DNA of 64,000 nt from Escherichia coli (GTDB lineage: Bacteria; Pseudomonadota; Gammaproteobacteria; Enterobacterales; Enterobacteriaceae): NCBI RefSeq assembly GCF_044324785.1, contig NZ_CP172127.1. One strand, written 5' to 3'. Positions 1 to 10,656 of this stretch are shown here, piece by piece (the first letter of the stretch is position 1; the number at the start of each line of letters is the position of its first letter). The notes below the pieces were generated by a model. That model was not told where the DNA came from. It searched no databases and saw only the letters and a list, made by a program, of their open reading frames with translations. Position numbers and translations under genes: made by a program.

Positions 1-977
1 AGGGCGAAATCAGCCGTGAACAATTCAACGAACTGATCGCGCCACTGGTAAAACGAACCTTACTGGCTTGTCGCCGTGCGCTGAAAGACGCGGGCGTAGA
101 AGCTGATGAAGTGCTGGAAGTGGTGATGGTTGGCGGTTCTACTCGCGTGCCGCTGGTGCGTGAACGAGTAGGCGAATTTTTCGGTCGTCCACCGCTGACT
201 TCCATCGACCCGGATAAAGTCGTCGCTATTGGCGCGGCAATTCAGGCGGATATTCTGGTGGGTAACAAGCCAGACAGCGAAATGCTGCTGCTTGATGTGA
301 TCCCACTGTCGCTGGGCCTCGAAACGATGGGCGGCCTGGTGGAGAAAGTGATTCCGCGTAATACCACTATTCCGGTGGCCCGCGCTCAGGATTTCACCAC
401 CTTTAAAGATGGTCAGACGGCGATGTCTATCCATGTAATGCAGGGTGAGCGTGAACTGGTGCAGGACTGCCGCTCGCTGGCGCGTTTTGCGCTGCGTGGT
501 ATCCCGGCGCTACCGGCTGGCGGCGCGCATATTCGCGTGACGTTCCAGGTCGATGCCGACGGTCTTTTGAGCGTGACGGCGATGGAGAAATCCACCGGCG
601 TTGAGGCGTCTATTCAGGTCAAACCGTCTTACGGTCTGACCGACAGCGAAATCGCCTCGATGATCAAAGACTCAATGAGCTATGCCGAGCAGGACGTAAA
701 AGCCCGTATGCTGGCAGAACAAAAAGTAGAAGCGGCGCGTGTGCTGGAAAGTTTGCACGGCGCGCTGGCTGCTGATGCCGCGCTGTTAAGCGCCGCAGAG
801 CGTCAGGTCATCGACGATGCTGCCGCTCACCTGAATGAAGTGGCTCAGGGCGATGATGTTGACGCCATCGAACAAGCGATTAAAAACGTAGACAAACAAA
901 CCCAGGATTTCGCCGCTCGCCGCATGGACCAGTCGGTTCGTCGTGCGCTGAAAGGCCATTCCGTGGACGAGGTTTAA
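1..977 (+). CDS. hscA: Fe-S cluster chaperone HscA, C-terminal part (5' end outside window)
   Basis: Frame open from window edge (phase of nt 3) to stop at 977. Hsp70-type sequence ([33 protein letters not shown]). Lies directly upstream of fdx-iscX as in the isc operon. Confidence 0.95.
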   Translation, partial: GEISREQFNELIAPLVKRTLLACRRALKDAGVEADEVLEVVMVGGSTRVPLVRERVGEFFGRPPLTSIDPDKVVAIGAAIQADILVGNKPDSEMLLLDVIPLSLGLETMGGLVEKVIPRNTTIPVARAQDFTTFKDGQTAMSIHVMQGERELVQDCRSLARFALRGIPALPAGGAHIRVTFQVDADGLLSVTAMEKSTGVEASIQVKPSYGLTDSEIASMIKDSMSYAEQDVKARMLAEQKVEAARVLESLHGALAADAALLSAAERQVIDDAAAHLNEVAQGDDVDAIEQAIKNVDKQTQDFAARRMDQSVRRALKGHSVDEV

Positions 978-978
978 T

Positions 979-1314
979 ATGCCAAAGATTGTTATTTTGC
1001 CTCATCAGGATCTCTGCCCTGATGGCGCTGTTCTGGAAGCGAATAGCGGTGAAACCATTCTCGACGTTGCGCTGCGTAACGGTATCGAGATTGAACACGC
1101 CTGTGAAAAATCCTGTGCTTGCACCACCTGCCACTGCATCGTTCGCGAAGGTTTTGACTCGCTGCCGGAAAGCTCAGAGCAGGAAGACGACATGCTGGAC
1201 AAAGCCTGGGGACTGGAGCCGGAAAGCCGTTTAAGCTGCCAGGCGCGCGTTACCGACGAAGATTTAGTGGTCGAAATCCCGCGTTACACTATCAACCATG
1301 CGCGTGAGCATTAA
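979..1314 (+). CDS. fdx: [2Fe-2S] ferredoxin of the isc operon
   Basis: 111 aa, [21 protein letters not shown]..., Cys cluster [12 protein letters not shown]; start 2 nt after hscA stop. Confidence 0.95.
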
Positions 1315-1325
1315 CAGAGGTTAGT

Positions 1326-1526
1326 ATGGGACTTAAGTGGACCGATAGCCGCGAAATTGGCGAAGCACTGTACGATGCGTATCCCGATCTTGATCCGAAA
1401 ACGGTTCGATTCACCGATATGCATCAGTGGATTTGCGATCTGGAAGATTTCGACGACGACCCGCAGGCATCCAACGAGAAAATCCTCGAAGCGATTTTGT
1501 TAGTCTGGCTGGACGAAGCCGAATAA
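1326..1526 (+). CDS. iscX: IscX (YfhJ), small acidic Fe-S assembly protein
   Basis: 66 aa, [24 protein letters not shown]...; last gene of the isc cluster by synteny. Confidence 0.9.
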
Positions 1527-1539
1527 TTTCCGCGTCATG

Positions 1540-1650
1540 CTTCACGCCGCAGATGCGTTGGCTGCGCTCGTTCACCCCAGTCACATAGTTATCTATGCTC
1601 CTGGGGCTTCACTCACTTGCCGCCTTACTGCAACGCGAATCATTTAGCGG
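1540..1650. repeat. ERIC/IRU intergenic repeat
   Basis: tgcgttggctgcgctcgttcaccccagtcac...gctcctggggcttcactcacttgccgcc matches the remembered ERIC consensus (reverse orientation), including both ERIC primer regions. Confidence 0.75.
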
Positions 1651-1703
1651 AAAAATCCTGGGGCTGCCAACTGGCGGCCCTTTTACAAATAAGGATAACT
1701 AAA

Positions 1704-2987
1704 ATGACAGAAGCGATGAAAATTACCCTCTCTACCCAACCTGCCGACGCGCGCTGGGGAGAAAAAGCGACTTACAGCATTAATAATGATGGCATTACCC
1801 TGCATTTGAACGGGGTGGACGATCTGGGGCTGATCCAGCGTGCGGCGCGCAAGATTGACGGTCTGGGCATCAAGCATGTTCAGTTAAGCGGTGAAGGCTG
1901 GGATGCGGATCGTTGCTGGGCATTCTGGCAAGGTTACAAAGCCCCGAAAGGCACGCGTAAAATGGAGTGGCCGGATCTGGACGATGCCCAGCGCCAGGAA
2001 CTGGATAACCGCCTGATGATCATCGACTGGGTGCGTGACACCATCAACGCACCGGCGGAAGAACTGGGGCCATCGCAACTGGCACAGCGTGCTGTTGATC
2101 TGATCAGCAACGTCGCAGGCGATCGTGTGACTTATCGGATCACCAAAGGTGAAGATCTGCGTGAGCAAGGTTATATGGGGCTGCACACTGTCGGACGCGG
2201 TTCAGAACGTTCCCCGGTATTGCTGGCGCTGGATTACAACCCAACTGGCGATAAAGAAGCGCCAGTGTACGCGTGCCTGGTTGGTAAAGGCATCACCTTT
2301 GATTCCGGCGGCTACAGCATCAAACAGACCGCATTTATGGACTCGATGAAGTCGGACATGGGCGGCGCGGCAACGGTTACCGGGGCGCTGGCGTTTGCCA
2401 TTACGCGCGGACTGAACAAGCGCGTGAAGCTGTTCCTCTGCTGTGCGGATAACCTGATCAGCGGCAACGCGTTCAAACTGGGCGATATTATTACCTATCG
2501 CAACGGTAAAAAAGTTGAAGTGATGAACACTGATGCCGAAGGGCGTCTGGTGCTGGCTGATGGCCTGATTGATGCCAGTGCGCAGAAACCGGAACTGATC
2601 ATTGATGCGGCGACCCTCACCGGGGCGGCGAAAACCGCGCTGGGTAATGATTATCACGCGCTGTTCAGTTTTGACGATGCGCTTGCCGGTCGCTTGCTGG
2701 CGAGTGCCTCACAAGAGAATGAACCGTTCTGGCGTCTGCCGCTGGCGGAGTTCCACCGCAGCCAGCTGCCGTCTAACTTTGCGGAACTGAACAATACCGG
2801 AAGCGCGGCGTACCCGGCAGGCGCGAGCACGGCGGCGGGCTTCCTGTCGCACTTTGTTGAGAACTATCAGCAAGGCTGGCTGCATATCGACTGCTCGGCG
2901 ACTTACCGTAAAGCGCCGGTTGAACAGTGGTCTGCGGGTGCTACGGGACTTGGTGTGCGCACGATTGCTAATCTGTTAACGGCGTAA
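1704..2987 (+). CDS. pepB: Aminopeptidase B (M17 family)
   Basis: Track ORF 1617-2987. Start placed at ATG 1704 ([20 protein letters not shown]) preceded by aaggataa. M17 motif [12 protein letters not shown] present. Confidence 0.93.
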   Translation: MTEAMKITLSTQPADARWGEKATYSINNDGITLHLNGVDDLGLIQRAARKIDGLGIKHVQLSGEGWDADRCWAFWQGYKAPKGTRKMEWPDLDDAQRQELDNRLMIIDWVRDTINAPAEELGPSQLAQRAVDLISNVAGDRVTYRITKGEDLREQGYMGLHTVGRGSERSPVLLALDYNPTGDKEAPVYACLVGKGITFDSGGYSIKQTAFMDSMKSDMGGAATVTGALAFAITRGLNKRVKLFLCCADNLISGNAFKLGDIITYRNGKKVEVMNTDAEGRLVLADGLIDASAQKPELIIDAATLTGAAKTALGNDYHALFSFDDALAGRLLASASQENEPFWRLPLAEFHRSQLPSNFAELNNTGSAAYPAGASTAAGFLSHFVENYQQGWLHIDCSATYRKAPVEQWSAGATGLGVRTIANLLTA

Positions 2988-3040
2988 ACGTCTTATTTGG
3001 CCTACAAAATTGCGAAAATCCAATAGATTGAGATTCTCTT

Positions 3041-3070
3041 GTAGGCCTGATAAGCGTGGCGCATCAGGCA
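3041..3070. repeat. REP (repetitive extragenic palindrome) unit
   Basis: gtaggcctgataagcgtggcgcatcaggc is the canonical REP sequence; a partner arm ggcctaca lies at ~2999. Confidence 0.75.
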
Positions 3071-3105
3071 CTTGTGCCCCGAACGTTGAATGAATTGTGG
3101 TTCTT

Positions 3106-3882
3106 ATGTCCGAAACAAAAAACGAACTTGAAGATCTGCTGGAAAAAGCAGCAACCGAACCGGCGCACCGCCCGGCCTTTTTCCGTACGCTACTGGGATC
3201 CACCGTCTGGGTGCCTGGTACGGCGGCGCAGGGCGAGGCTGTGGTTGAAGATAGCGCACTTGATTTACAGCACTGGGAAAAAGAAGACGGCACCAGTGTC
3301 ATTCCTTTTTTCACCTCGTTAGAAGCACTTCAACAGGTGGTTGAAGACGAACAGGCATTTGTCGTAATGCCCGTTCGCACATTGTTTGAGATGACCCTTG
3401 GCGAAACGCTCTTCCTTAATGCCAAACTGCCAACCGGTAAAGAATTTATGCCGCGTGAAATCAGTTTGCTGATTGGTGAAGAAGGAAATCTGCTGAGCAG
3501 CCAGGAAGTACTGGAAGGCGGTGAATCGCTGATATTATCGGAAGTTGCAGAGCCACCAGCACAAATGATTGATTCACTCACCACCTTATTTAAAACCATT
3601 AAGCCAGTGAAGCGTGCTTTTCTTTGTTCAATTAAAGAGAACGAAGAGGCACAGCCTAATTTACTTATTGGCATTGAAGCCGATGGTGATATCGAAGAAA
3701 TTATTCAGGCGGCGGGAAGTGTAGCGACCGATACATTACCTGGCGATGAACCCATCGATATTTGTCAGGTGAAAAAAGGGGAAAAAGGAATTAGCCACTT
3801 TATTACCGAACATATTGTGCCATTCTATGAACGTCGCTGGGGTGGTTTTTTGCGTGACTTTAAACAGAACCGGATAATCTAA
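3106..3882 (+). CDS. sseB: SseB (enhanced serine sensitivity protein)
   Basis: MSETKNELEDLLEKAATEPAHRPAFF...; start at ATG 3106 inside track ORF 3097-3882; synteny pepB-sseB-sseA. Confidence 0.9.
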   Translation: MSETKNELEDLLEKAATEPAHRPAFFRTLLGSTVWVPGTAAQGEAVVEDSALDLQHWEKEDGTSVIPFFTSLEALQQVVEDEQAFVVMPVRTLFEMTLGETLFLNAKLPTGKEFMPREISLLIGEEGNLLSSQEVLEGGESLILSEVAEPPAQMIDSLTTLFKTIKPVKRAFLCSIKENEEAQPNLLIGIEADGDIEEIIQAAGSVATDTLPGDEPIDICQVKKGEKGISHFITEHIVPFYERRWGGFLRDFKQNRII

Positions 3883-3885
3883 AAT

Positions 3886-3907
3886 ATGCCGCCCCAAAGG
3901 GCGGCAT
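3886..3907. terminator. Bidirectional stem-loop ending sseB (+) and the ryfA transcript (-)
   Basis: atgccgccc-caaa-gggcggcat, 9-bp GC-rich stem; the T-rich run is on the minus-strand side (atttta). Confidence 0.6.
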
Positions 3908-3913
3908 TCGGGC

Positions 3914-4039
3914 TTACCTGCTGTTCTGAAGGTTGTTAACCACCAATAAATTGTTGCCGGAGAGACTCCGGTTATTATTTACCTCGGTTAACAGCGCACC
4001 AGAAACAATAAGTACGATACAAAAGCACCGTATCTTCAT
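3914..4039 (-). CDS. 41-aa hydrophobic peptide inside ryfA (TimP-like type I toxin candidate)
   Basis: Hand translation gives MKIRCFCIVLIVSGALLTEVNNNRSLSGNNLLVVNNLQNSR. Below the ORF-track cutoff. Hydrophobic N-terminal segment. Confidence 0.45.
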   Translation of the reverse strand: MKIRCFCIVLIVSGALLTEVNNNRSLSGNNLLVVNNLQNSR

Positions 4040-4262
4040 TGTGCGGTCCATGCGAAGACCGCATCACGACAGCACCACTGGCGATATTGCCGCGATAGCA
4101 AGCGCTGAGACGCGCTTGCCCTAACGGTCGCGGAACATCCTTTCCTTAAGCCAGCGCCCGCTTGCGAGACGGCGGAAAGGTCCGCAGTGGATAACACACT
4201 AACAGAACAATAATAACTCTCTTTTACTTGACAAAAAGAGAGTTACTGGCGAGTATTGTGTC

Positions 4263-4359
4263 CGCTGAGACGCGCTTGCATTACTACGGTTATACAATCT
4301 GCTGGAAAGGCCGCGAACCAAACCAGCAACAAATAACCGCCTGATTTTGGCGGTTTTTT
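4263..4359 (+). ncRNA. RyfB/TimR-like antisense sRNA, copy 1
   Basis: Promoter TTGACA(4228)-17-GAGTAT; terminator accgcc-N7-ggcggt+T6 (4336-4359). Its first 17 nt (4263-4279) equal the plus-strand sequence at 4103-4119, so they are perfectly complementary to the ryfA leader. Confidence 0.5.
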
Positions 4360-4538
4360 GTTGTTTAAAGAAAGTGAAATTACACGTTTAAGTAATATCT
4401 TTTACCAGTTAGTATATTTTAATATTAAGCGGGATTTGTTTATATTTGTCTGAATTCGGACTGATAAGCCAAATGAATTCAAAATCTATCCTTTTTTATC
4501 TACTTGACATCGTTGATGCATAAAGCGAGTATTGAGTA

Positions 4539-4627
4539 GACGAGATACACTTGCAGTAATACAACCTGCTGGAAAGGCCGCGAATCAGACCAGCAATAAA
4601 AAAACCGCCAAATTCGGCGGTTTTTTA
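4539..4627 (+). ncRNA. Paralogous sRNA, copy 2 (divergent 5' seed)
   Basis: Same promoter design (TTGACA 4504-4509, 17 nt, GAGTATTG). Same 3' half (ctgctggaaaggccgcgaa...accgcc hairpin+T6). The 5' region differs from copy 1. Confidence 0.45.
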
Positions 4628-4642
4628 TTGCCTGTAAAAAGC

Positions 4643-5488
4643 TTATTTCAATGGCTCAACCGGTAAATCTGCCCGTGCGCCCCATTCACTCCATGCGCCG
4701 TCGTACAGTTTCACGTTTGGCACATCCAGCGTCGCGAGTGCCAACAAAACCACGGCTGCCGTTACACCAGAACCGCAACTGACGATAATAGGTTTGTCAT
4801 AACTTACGCCGCGACCAAAAAATATCGCATCCAGTTCATCGGTCGTTTTTAGTTCGCCTTCGCGCACCAGTTCCGTCCACGGAACATTCAGTGCTCCGGG
4901 AATATGTCCGCGACGTAAACCTGGGCGAGGTTCATCAACTTCTGCGTTAAAACGTGCAGCCGGGCGGGCATCGATAATTTGCGCCGTATTTTCATGGCTT
5001 GCCAATAACACATCGGTTACTTTCACCACGGCTTCAGGATTAAACGCGGCGTTAAACTCTCCTTCCGGCAGCTCTACTGCGCCTTCTTCTAATAGCAGAT
5101 CATCACGCTGCCAGCCTGCAAGTCCACCACCCAGAATCGACACTTTCTCTACACCAAAGGTGCGCAGCATCCACCATGCTCGTGGGGCTGAGAAAAGATT
5201 ACCTTCGTCATAGACAATCAGGTGCTTATCCTGGTTAACGCCTAATTCACGCATCGCCACGGCGAACGTTTCCGGGCGCGGCAGCATGTGCGGAAGCGGG
5301 GAAGTGTGATCAGAAAGCGCTTCGATATCAAAAAACACTGCGCCGGGAATATGTCCATTCAGATACTCCTGAGCAACGTTACGATCTTCCTGTCCAGGCG
5401 ACGCCATGCGGGCATCGATAATCTGAATTTCCGGGTCATCAATATGTTCGGCGAGCCAGTCGGCTCCTACAAACCATGTCGTGGACAT
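4643..5488 (-). CDS. sseA: 3-mercaptopyruvate sulfurtransferase (rhodanese family)
   Basis: 281 aa from MSTTWFVGADWLAEHIDDPEIQIIDAR; active-site CGSGVTA. The upstream 53 codons of the track ORF are judged non-coding. Confidence 0.93.
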   Translation of the reverse strand: MSTTWFVGADWLAEHIDDPEIQIIDARMASPGQEDRNVAQEYLNGHIPGAVFFDIEALSDHTSPLPHMLPRPETFAVAMRELGVNQDKHLIVYDEGNLFSAPRAWWMLRTFGVEKVSILGGGLAGWQRDDLLLEEGAVELPEGEFNAAFNPEAVVKVTDVLLASHENTAQIIDARPAARFNAEVDEPRPGLRRGHIPGALNVPWTELVREGELKTTDELDAIFFGRGVSYDKPIIVSCGSGVTAAVVLLALATLDVPNVKLYDGAWSEWGARADLPVEPLK

Positions 5489-5694
5489 AGGCATCTCCAT
5501 TTTTGCCGGGGTTAGGCTAAATTGTCGGATGTTTAGTGAAAGGCGACAAGCAAAAGAGGCTGATTTGGCTGTCTGAGCCACAATTCTCACTAAAATTCGG
5601 ATTGTATGGGCGTGATACTGAATTACATAACGTAAATTCTCACGCATAATAATTATTCGACGTTGCTAACGGGCCATTGTGGCAGGGATGAAAA

Positions 5695-8600
5695 ATGAAA
5701 AAGTTACGCGTAGCCGCCTGCATGCTAATGCTGGCGCTGGCAGGGTGCGACAACAACGATAACGCGCCAACAGCGGTGAAAAAAGATGCGCCTTCTGAAG
5801 TTACTAAAGCGGCCTCTTCAGAAAACGTGAGTTCAGCAAAACTCTCCGCGCCGGAGCGACAAAAACTGGCCCAACAGAGTGCCGGTAAGGCGCTGACATT
5901 GCTGGATCTCTCTGAAGTTCAACTTGATGGCGCAGCCACGCTGGTGCTGACGTTCTCCATCCCTCTCGACCCGGATCAGGATTTCTCACGCGTTATCCAT
6001 GTCGTCGATAAGAAAAGCGGCAAAGTGGATGGTGCCTGGGAGCTGTCAGATAATCTTAAAGAGTTGCGTTTACGCCACCTCGAACCGAAACGTGATTTGA
6101 TCGTCACTATTGGCAAGGAGGTCAAAGCACTCAACAACGCAACCTTCAGTAAAGATTACGAAAAAACTATAACTACCCGCGATATCCAACCCAGCGTCGG
6201 TTTTGCCAGCCGTGGCTCGTTGTTACCTGGTAAAGTTATTGAAGGGCTGCCGGTAATGGCGCTCAACGTTAACAATGTCGATGTTAACTTCTTCCGTGTT
6301 AAGCCAGAATCTCTGCCTGCATTCATTAGCCAATGGGAATACCGCAATTCGCTGGCGAACTGGCAGTCTGACAAACTGCTGCAGATGGCGGATCTGGTCT
6401 ACACCGGACGGTTTGATCTCAATCCTGCGCGTAATACCCGTGAAAAATTATTGCTGCCGCTGGGCGATATCAAACCGCTTCAGCAGGCAGGCGTGTATCT
6501 GGCTGTGATGAATCAGGCTGGACGTTACGATTACAGTAATCCCGCGACGCTGTTTACGTTAAGTGATATCGGCGTTTCAGCTCACCGTTATCACAATCGT
6601 CTGGATATCTTTACCCAAAGTCTGGAAAACGGCGCGGCCCAGCAAGGAATTGAAGTCTCTTTATTAAATGAGAAAGGGCAGACTCTGACTCAGGCAACCA
6701 GTGACGCTCAGGGGCATGTGCAGCTGGAAAATGATAAAAACGCCGCATTATTGCTGGCACGTAAAGACGGTCAGACAACGCTACTCGATTTAAAACTTCC
6801 GGCGCTGGACTTAGCAGAATTTAACATTGCTGGCGCGCCAGGCTATAGCAAACAGTTTTTCATGTTTGGCCCGCGCGATCTTTATCGCCCGGGTGAAACG
6901 GTAATCCTCAATGGTTTGCTGCGTGATGCAGACGGTAAAGCGTTGCCCAATCAACCCATCAAGTTAGACGTGATTAAACCCGATGGGCAGGTACTCAGGA
7001 GCGTCGTTAGTCAGCCGGAAAATGGCCTCTACCACTTTACCTGGCCACTCGATAGCAATGCGGCAACCGGTATGTGGCATATTCGCGCTAACACGGGCGA
7101 TAACCAGTATCGGATGTGGGATTTCCACGTCGAAGATTTTATGCCAGAGCGCATGGCGCTGAATCTGACCGGTGAGAAAACCCCGCTAACGCCGAAAGAT
7201 GAAGTGAAATTCTCCGTGGTGGGGTACTACCTGTATGGTGCGCCTGCTAATGGTAATACTTTGCAAGGGCAACTTTTCCTGCGCCCACTGCGTGAAGCTG
7301 TGTCAGCCTTACCTGGTTTCGAATTCGGCGATATAGCTGCCGAAAATCTTTCCCGCACGCTGGATGAAGTTCAGTTGACGCTGGATGATAAAGGGCGTGG
7401 CGAAGTTTCTACAGAAAGCCAGTGGAAGGAAACGCATTCCCCATTGCAGGTTATTTTCCTGGGTAGTTTGCTGGAATCGGGCGGTCGCCCAGTGACGCGC
7501 CGCGCTGAGCAGGCTATCTGGCCTGCCGATGCATTGCCGGGGATCCGTCCGCAATTCGCCTCGAAATCGGTTTACGATTATCGCACTGACAGCACGGTGA
7601 AACAGCCCATTGTTGATGAAGGCAGTAACGCCGCTTTTGACATCGTTTATAGCGATGCGCAAGGCGTAAAAAAAGCCGTGTCGGGCTTGCAGGTGCGCCT
7701 GATTCGCGAACGCCGCGATTACTACTGGAACTGGTCAGAAGATGAAGGCTGGCAGTCACAGTTTGATCAAAAAGATCTGATTGAAAATGAACAAACTCTG
7801 GATCTTCAGGCGGATGAAACCGGTAAGGTCAGTTTCCCGGTAGAGTGGGGCGCTTATCGTCTGGAAGTCAAAGCGCCGAATGAAGCGGTCAGTAGTGTGC
7901 GTTTCTGGGCTGGCTATAGCTGGCAGGACAACAGCGACGGGAGCGGTGCCGTGCGACCCGACCGTGTCACGCTGAAACTGGATAAAGCCAGTTATCGCCC
8001 TGGCGATACCATTAAGTTGCATATTGCCGCGCCAACGGCGGGTAAAGGTTATGCGATGGTCGAGTCCAATGAAGGGCCGCTGTGGTGGCAAGAGATTGAT
8101 GTTCCGGCTCAAGGGCTGGATCTGACGATTCCGGTCGATAAAACCTGGAATCGTCATGATCTGTATTTAAGTACGCTGGTGGTACGTCCTGGCGATAAAT
8201 CTCGCTCCGCGACGCCAAAACGTGCGGTTGGGGTGTTGCATTTGCCGCTTGGTGATGAAAACCGTCGCCTCGATCTGGCGCTGGAAACCCCCACCCAAAT
8301 GCGCCCCAATCAGCCATTAACCGTGAAAATTAAAGCCAGCAATAAAAACGGTGAGATGCCAAAACAGGTGAATGTGCTGGTGTCTGCCGTTGATAGCGGT
8401 GTGCTGAATATTACTGATTACGTTACCCCCGATCCGTGGCAGGCGTTCTTTGGTCAGAAACGCTATGGTGCAGACATTTACGATATTTACGGTCAGGTCA
8501 TTGAAGGTCAGGGGCGTCTGGCAGCTCTGCGTTTTGGTGGCGATGGTGATGAGCTGAAACGTGGTGGTAAACCGCCGGTCAATCACGTCAATATTGTCGC

Positions 8601-10656
8601 GCAGCAGGCGCTGCCGGTAACGCTCAACGAACAGGGTGAAGGCTCGGTTACACTGCCGATTGGTGATTTTAACGGTGAATTGCGCGTCATGGCGCAAGCC
8701 TGGACGGCAGATGACTTCGGTAGCAACGAAAGCAAAGTGATAGTTGCCGCACCGGTGATTGCTGAACTGAACATGCCGCGCTTTATGGCGAGTGGCGATA
8801 CCTCGCGTCTGACGCTGGATATCACTAATCTTACCGATAAACCGCAAAAACTGAACGTTGCCCTGACCGCCAGTGGTTTGCTTGAACTGGTCAGCGATTC
8901 ACCCGCAGCCGTTGAATTAGCGCCAGGCGTACGTACTACGCTGTTTATCCCGGTGCGAGCATTGCAAGGTTATGGCGATGGAGAAATTCAGGCCACCATT
9001 AGCGGGTTAGCGTTACCGGGTGAAACCGTTGCCGATCAGCATAAGCAGTGGAAAATCGGCGTCCGTCCGGCGTTCCCGGCACAAACGGTTAATTACGGTA
9101 CGACGTTGCAGCCTGGTGAGACATGGGCGATTCCGGCGGATGGATTGCAAAACTTCTCGCCTGTTACGCTGGAAGGGCAATTGTTGTTGAGCGGCAAACC
9201 ACCGCTGAACATCGCACGTTATATCAAAGAGTTAAAAGCGTATCCGTACGGCTGTCTTGAGCAAACCGCCAGCGGCCTGTTCCCGTCACTTTATACCAAC
9301 GCAGCCCAACTGCAGGCGTTGGGCATCAAAGGCGACAGTGATGAGAAACGCCGTGCATCGGTCGATATCGGCATTTCCCGTTTGCTGCAAATGCAACGTG
9401 ATAACGGCGGCTTTGCGCTGTGGGATAAAAACGGTGACGAAGAGTACTGGCTGACGGCTTACGTGATGGATTTCCTGGTCCGCGCAGGTGAGCAGGGTTA
9501 CAGCGTGCCGACGGACGCCATTAACCGGGGAAATGAGCGTCTGCTGCGCTATTTACAAGATCCGGGCATGATGTCGATCCCGTACGCGGATAATCTCAAA
9601 GCCAGTAAATTCGCCGTACAGTCTTACGCTGCGCTGGTGCTGGCCCGTCAGCAAAAAGCTCCACTGGGTGCGCTGCGTGAAATCTGGGAGCATCGTGCAG
9701 ATGCCGCTTCTGGTTTACCGCTGCTGCAACTTGGCGTTGCGCTGAAAACCATGGGTGATGCGACGCGTGGTGAAGAAGCAATTGCGTTGGCGCTGAAAAC
9801 GCCGCGTAATAGTGATGAGCGGATATGGCTGGGTGATTACGGTAGTCCACTGCGCGACAACGCGTTGATGCTCTCCTTGCTGGAAGAAAATAAACTGCTA
9901 CCCGATGAGCAGAACACTTTGCTGAACACGCTTTCGCAGCAGGCATTTGGTGAACGCTGGCTATCGACCCAGGAAAGCAACGCGTTGTTCCTGGCTGCCC
10001 GTACGATTCAGGATTTACCGGGTAAATGGCAGGCGCAAACCTCTTTCTCAGCTGAGCCGCTGACAGGCGAGAAAACGCTAAACAGCAATCTGAATAGCGA
10101 TCAACTTGCCACCTTGCAGGTGACCAACAGTGGCGATCAGCCGTTATGGCTGCGTGTGGATGCCAGCGGTTATCCGCAATCCGCACCTTTACCGGCGAAC
10201 AATGTGCTGCAAATCGAGCGTCATATTCTTGGTACTGATGGTAAGAGCAAATCGCTGGACTCGTTACGTAGCGGCGATCTGGTGCTGGTCTGGTTGCAGG
10301 TAAAAGCCAGTAACAGCGTGCCGGATGCGTTAGTCGTGGATCTGCTGCCTGCGGGTCTGGAACTGGAAAACCAGAATCTGGCGAACGGTAGCGCCAGCCT
10401 GGAGCAAAGTGGTGGCGAAGTGCAGAACTTACTGAACCAGATGCAGCAGGCGAGTATTAAGCACATTGAGTTCCGTGACGATCGCTTTGTGGCGGCGGTT
10501 GCCGTTGATGAATACCAACCGGTAACGCTGGTGTATCTGGCGCGGGCGGTGACGCCGGGAACGTATCAGGTGCCGCAGCCTATGGTGGAATCGATGTATG
10601 TTCCCCAATGGCGGGCGACCGGCGCGGCTGAAGATTTGCTGATTGTCAGACCGTAA
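5695..10656 (+). CDS. yfhM: Bacterial alpha-2-macroglobulin lipoprotein
   Basis: 1653 aa; lipobox LALAGC; thioester motif GCLEQ (nt ~9251-9265); followed by pbpC as in the known pairing. Confidence 0.95.
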   Translation: MKKLRVAACMLMLALAGCDNNDNAPTAVKKDAPSEVTKAASSENVSSAKLSAPERQKLAQQSAGKALTLLDLSEVQLDGAATLVLTFSIPLDPDQDFSRVIHVVDKKSGKVDGAWELSDNLKELRLRHLEPKRDLIVTIGKEVKALNNATFSKDYEKTITTRDIQPSVGFASRGSLLPGKVIEGLPVMALNVNNVDVNFFRVKPESLPAFISQWEYRNSLANWQSDKLLQMADLVYTGRFDLNPARNTREKLLLPLGDIKPLQQAGVYLAVMNQAGRYDYSNPATLFTLSDIGVSAHRYHNRLDIFTQSLENGAAQQGIEVSLLNEKGQTLTQATSDAQGHVQLENDKNAALLLARKDGQTTLLDLKLPALDLAEFNIAGAPGYSKQFFMFGPRDLYRPGETVILNGLLRDADGKALPNQPIKLDVIKPDGQVLRSVVSQPENGLYHFTWPLDSNAATGMWHIRANTGDNQYRMWDFHVEDFMPERMALNLTGEKTPLTPKDEVKFSVVGYYLYGAPANGNTLQGQLFLRPLREAVSALPGFEFGDIAAENLSRTLDEVQLTLDDKGRGEVSTESQWKETHSPLQVIFLGSLLESGGRPVTRRAEQAIWPADALPGIRPQFASKSVYDYRTDSTVKQPIVDEGSNAAFDIVYSDAQGVKKAVSGLQVRLIRERRDYYWNWSEDEGWQSQFDQKDLIENEQTLDLQADETGKVSFPVEWGAYRLEVKAPNEAVSSVRFWAGYSWQDNSDGSGAVRPDRVTLKLDKASYRPGDTIKLHIAAPTAGKGYAMVESNEGPLWWQEIDVPAQGLDLTIPVDKTWNRHDLYLSTLVVRPGDKSRSATPKRAVGVLHLPLGDENRRLDLALETPTQMRPNQPLTVKIKASNKNGEMPKQVNVLVSAVDSGVLNITDYVTPDPWQAFFGQKRYGADIYDIYGQVIEGQGRLAALRFGGDGDELKRGGKPPVNHVNIVAQQALPVTLNEQGEGSVTLPIGDFNGELRVMAQAWTADDFGSNESKVIVAAPVIAELNMPRFMASGDTSRLTLDITNLTDKPQKLNVALTASGLLELVSDSPAAVELAPGVRTTLFIPVRALQGYGDGEIQATISGLALPGETVADQHKQWKIGVRPAFPAQTVNYGTTLQPGETWAIPADGLQNFSPVTLEGQLLLSGKPPLNIARYIKELKAYPYGCLEQTASGLFPSLYTNAAQLQALGIKGDSDEKRRASVDIGISRLLQMQRDNGGFALWDKNGDEEYWLTAYVMDFLVRAGEQGYSVPTDAINRGNERLLRYLQDPGMMSIPYADNLKASKFAVQSYAALVLARQQKAPLGALREIWEHRADAASGLPLLQLGVALKTMGDATRGEEAIALALKTPRNSDERIWLGDYGSPLRDNALMLSLLEENKLLPDEQNTLLNTLSQQAFGERWLSTQESNALFLAARTIQDLPGKWQAQTSFSAEPLTGEKTLNSNLNSDQLATLQVTNSGDQPLWLRVDASGYPQSAPLPANNVLQIERHILGTDGKSKSLDSLRSGDLVLVWLQVKASNSVPDALVVDLLPAGLELENQNLANGSASLEQSGGEVQNLLNQMQQASIKHIEFRDDRFVAAVAVDEYQPVTLVYLARAVTPGTYQVPQPMVESMYVPQWRATGAAEDLLIVRP

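Larger units (their letters stand above)
3886..4199 (-). ncRNA. ryfA: RyfA-type RNA / small-toxin mRNA (timP-like)
   Basis: sseB-sseA intergenic position matches ryfA. Minus-strand TTGTCA-17-ATTGTT promoter at 4234-4206 and the terminator at 3886-3907 give ~310 nt. Carries the small ORF below. Confidence 0.55.

Noticed and set aside
1617-1703. N-terminal extensions offered by the ORF track: pepB from 1617, der from 20587, guaB from 35457, sseA to 5647, sinH from 22556, terS from 52240 and the 122-aa form of ORF 41090-41458
   Set aside because: The known or most plausible starts lie downstream, with better RBS spacing. The extensions cover promoter, operator or upstream-gene sequence.
3933-4124. 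63-aa plus-strand ORF in the sseB-sseA spacer
   Set aside because: It is antisense to the ryfA-type transcript, has no RBS and starts inside the ryfA 3' region. The small minus-strand hydrophobic ORF is the better candidate.
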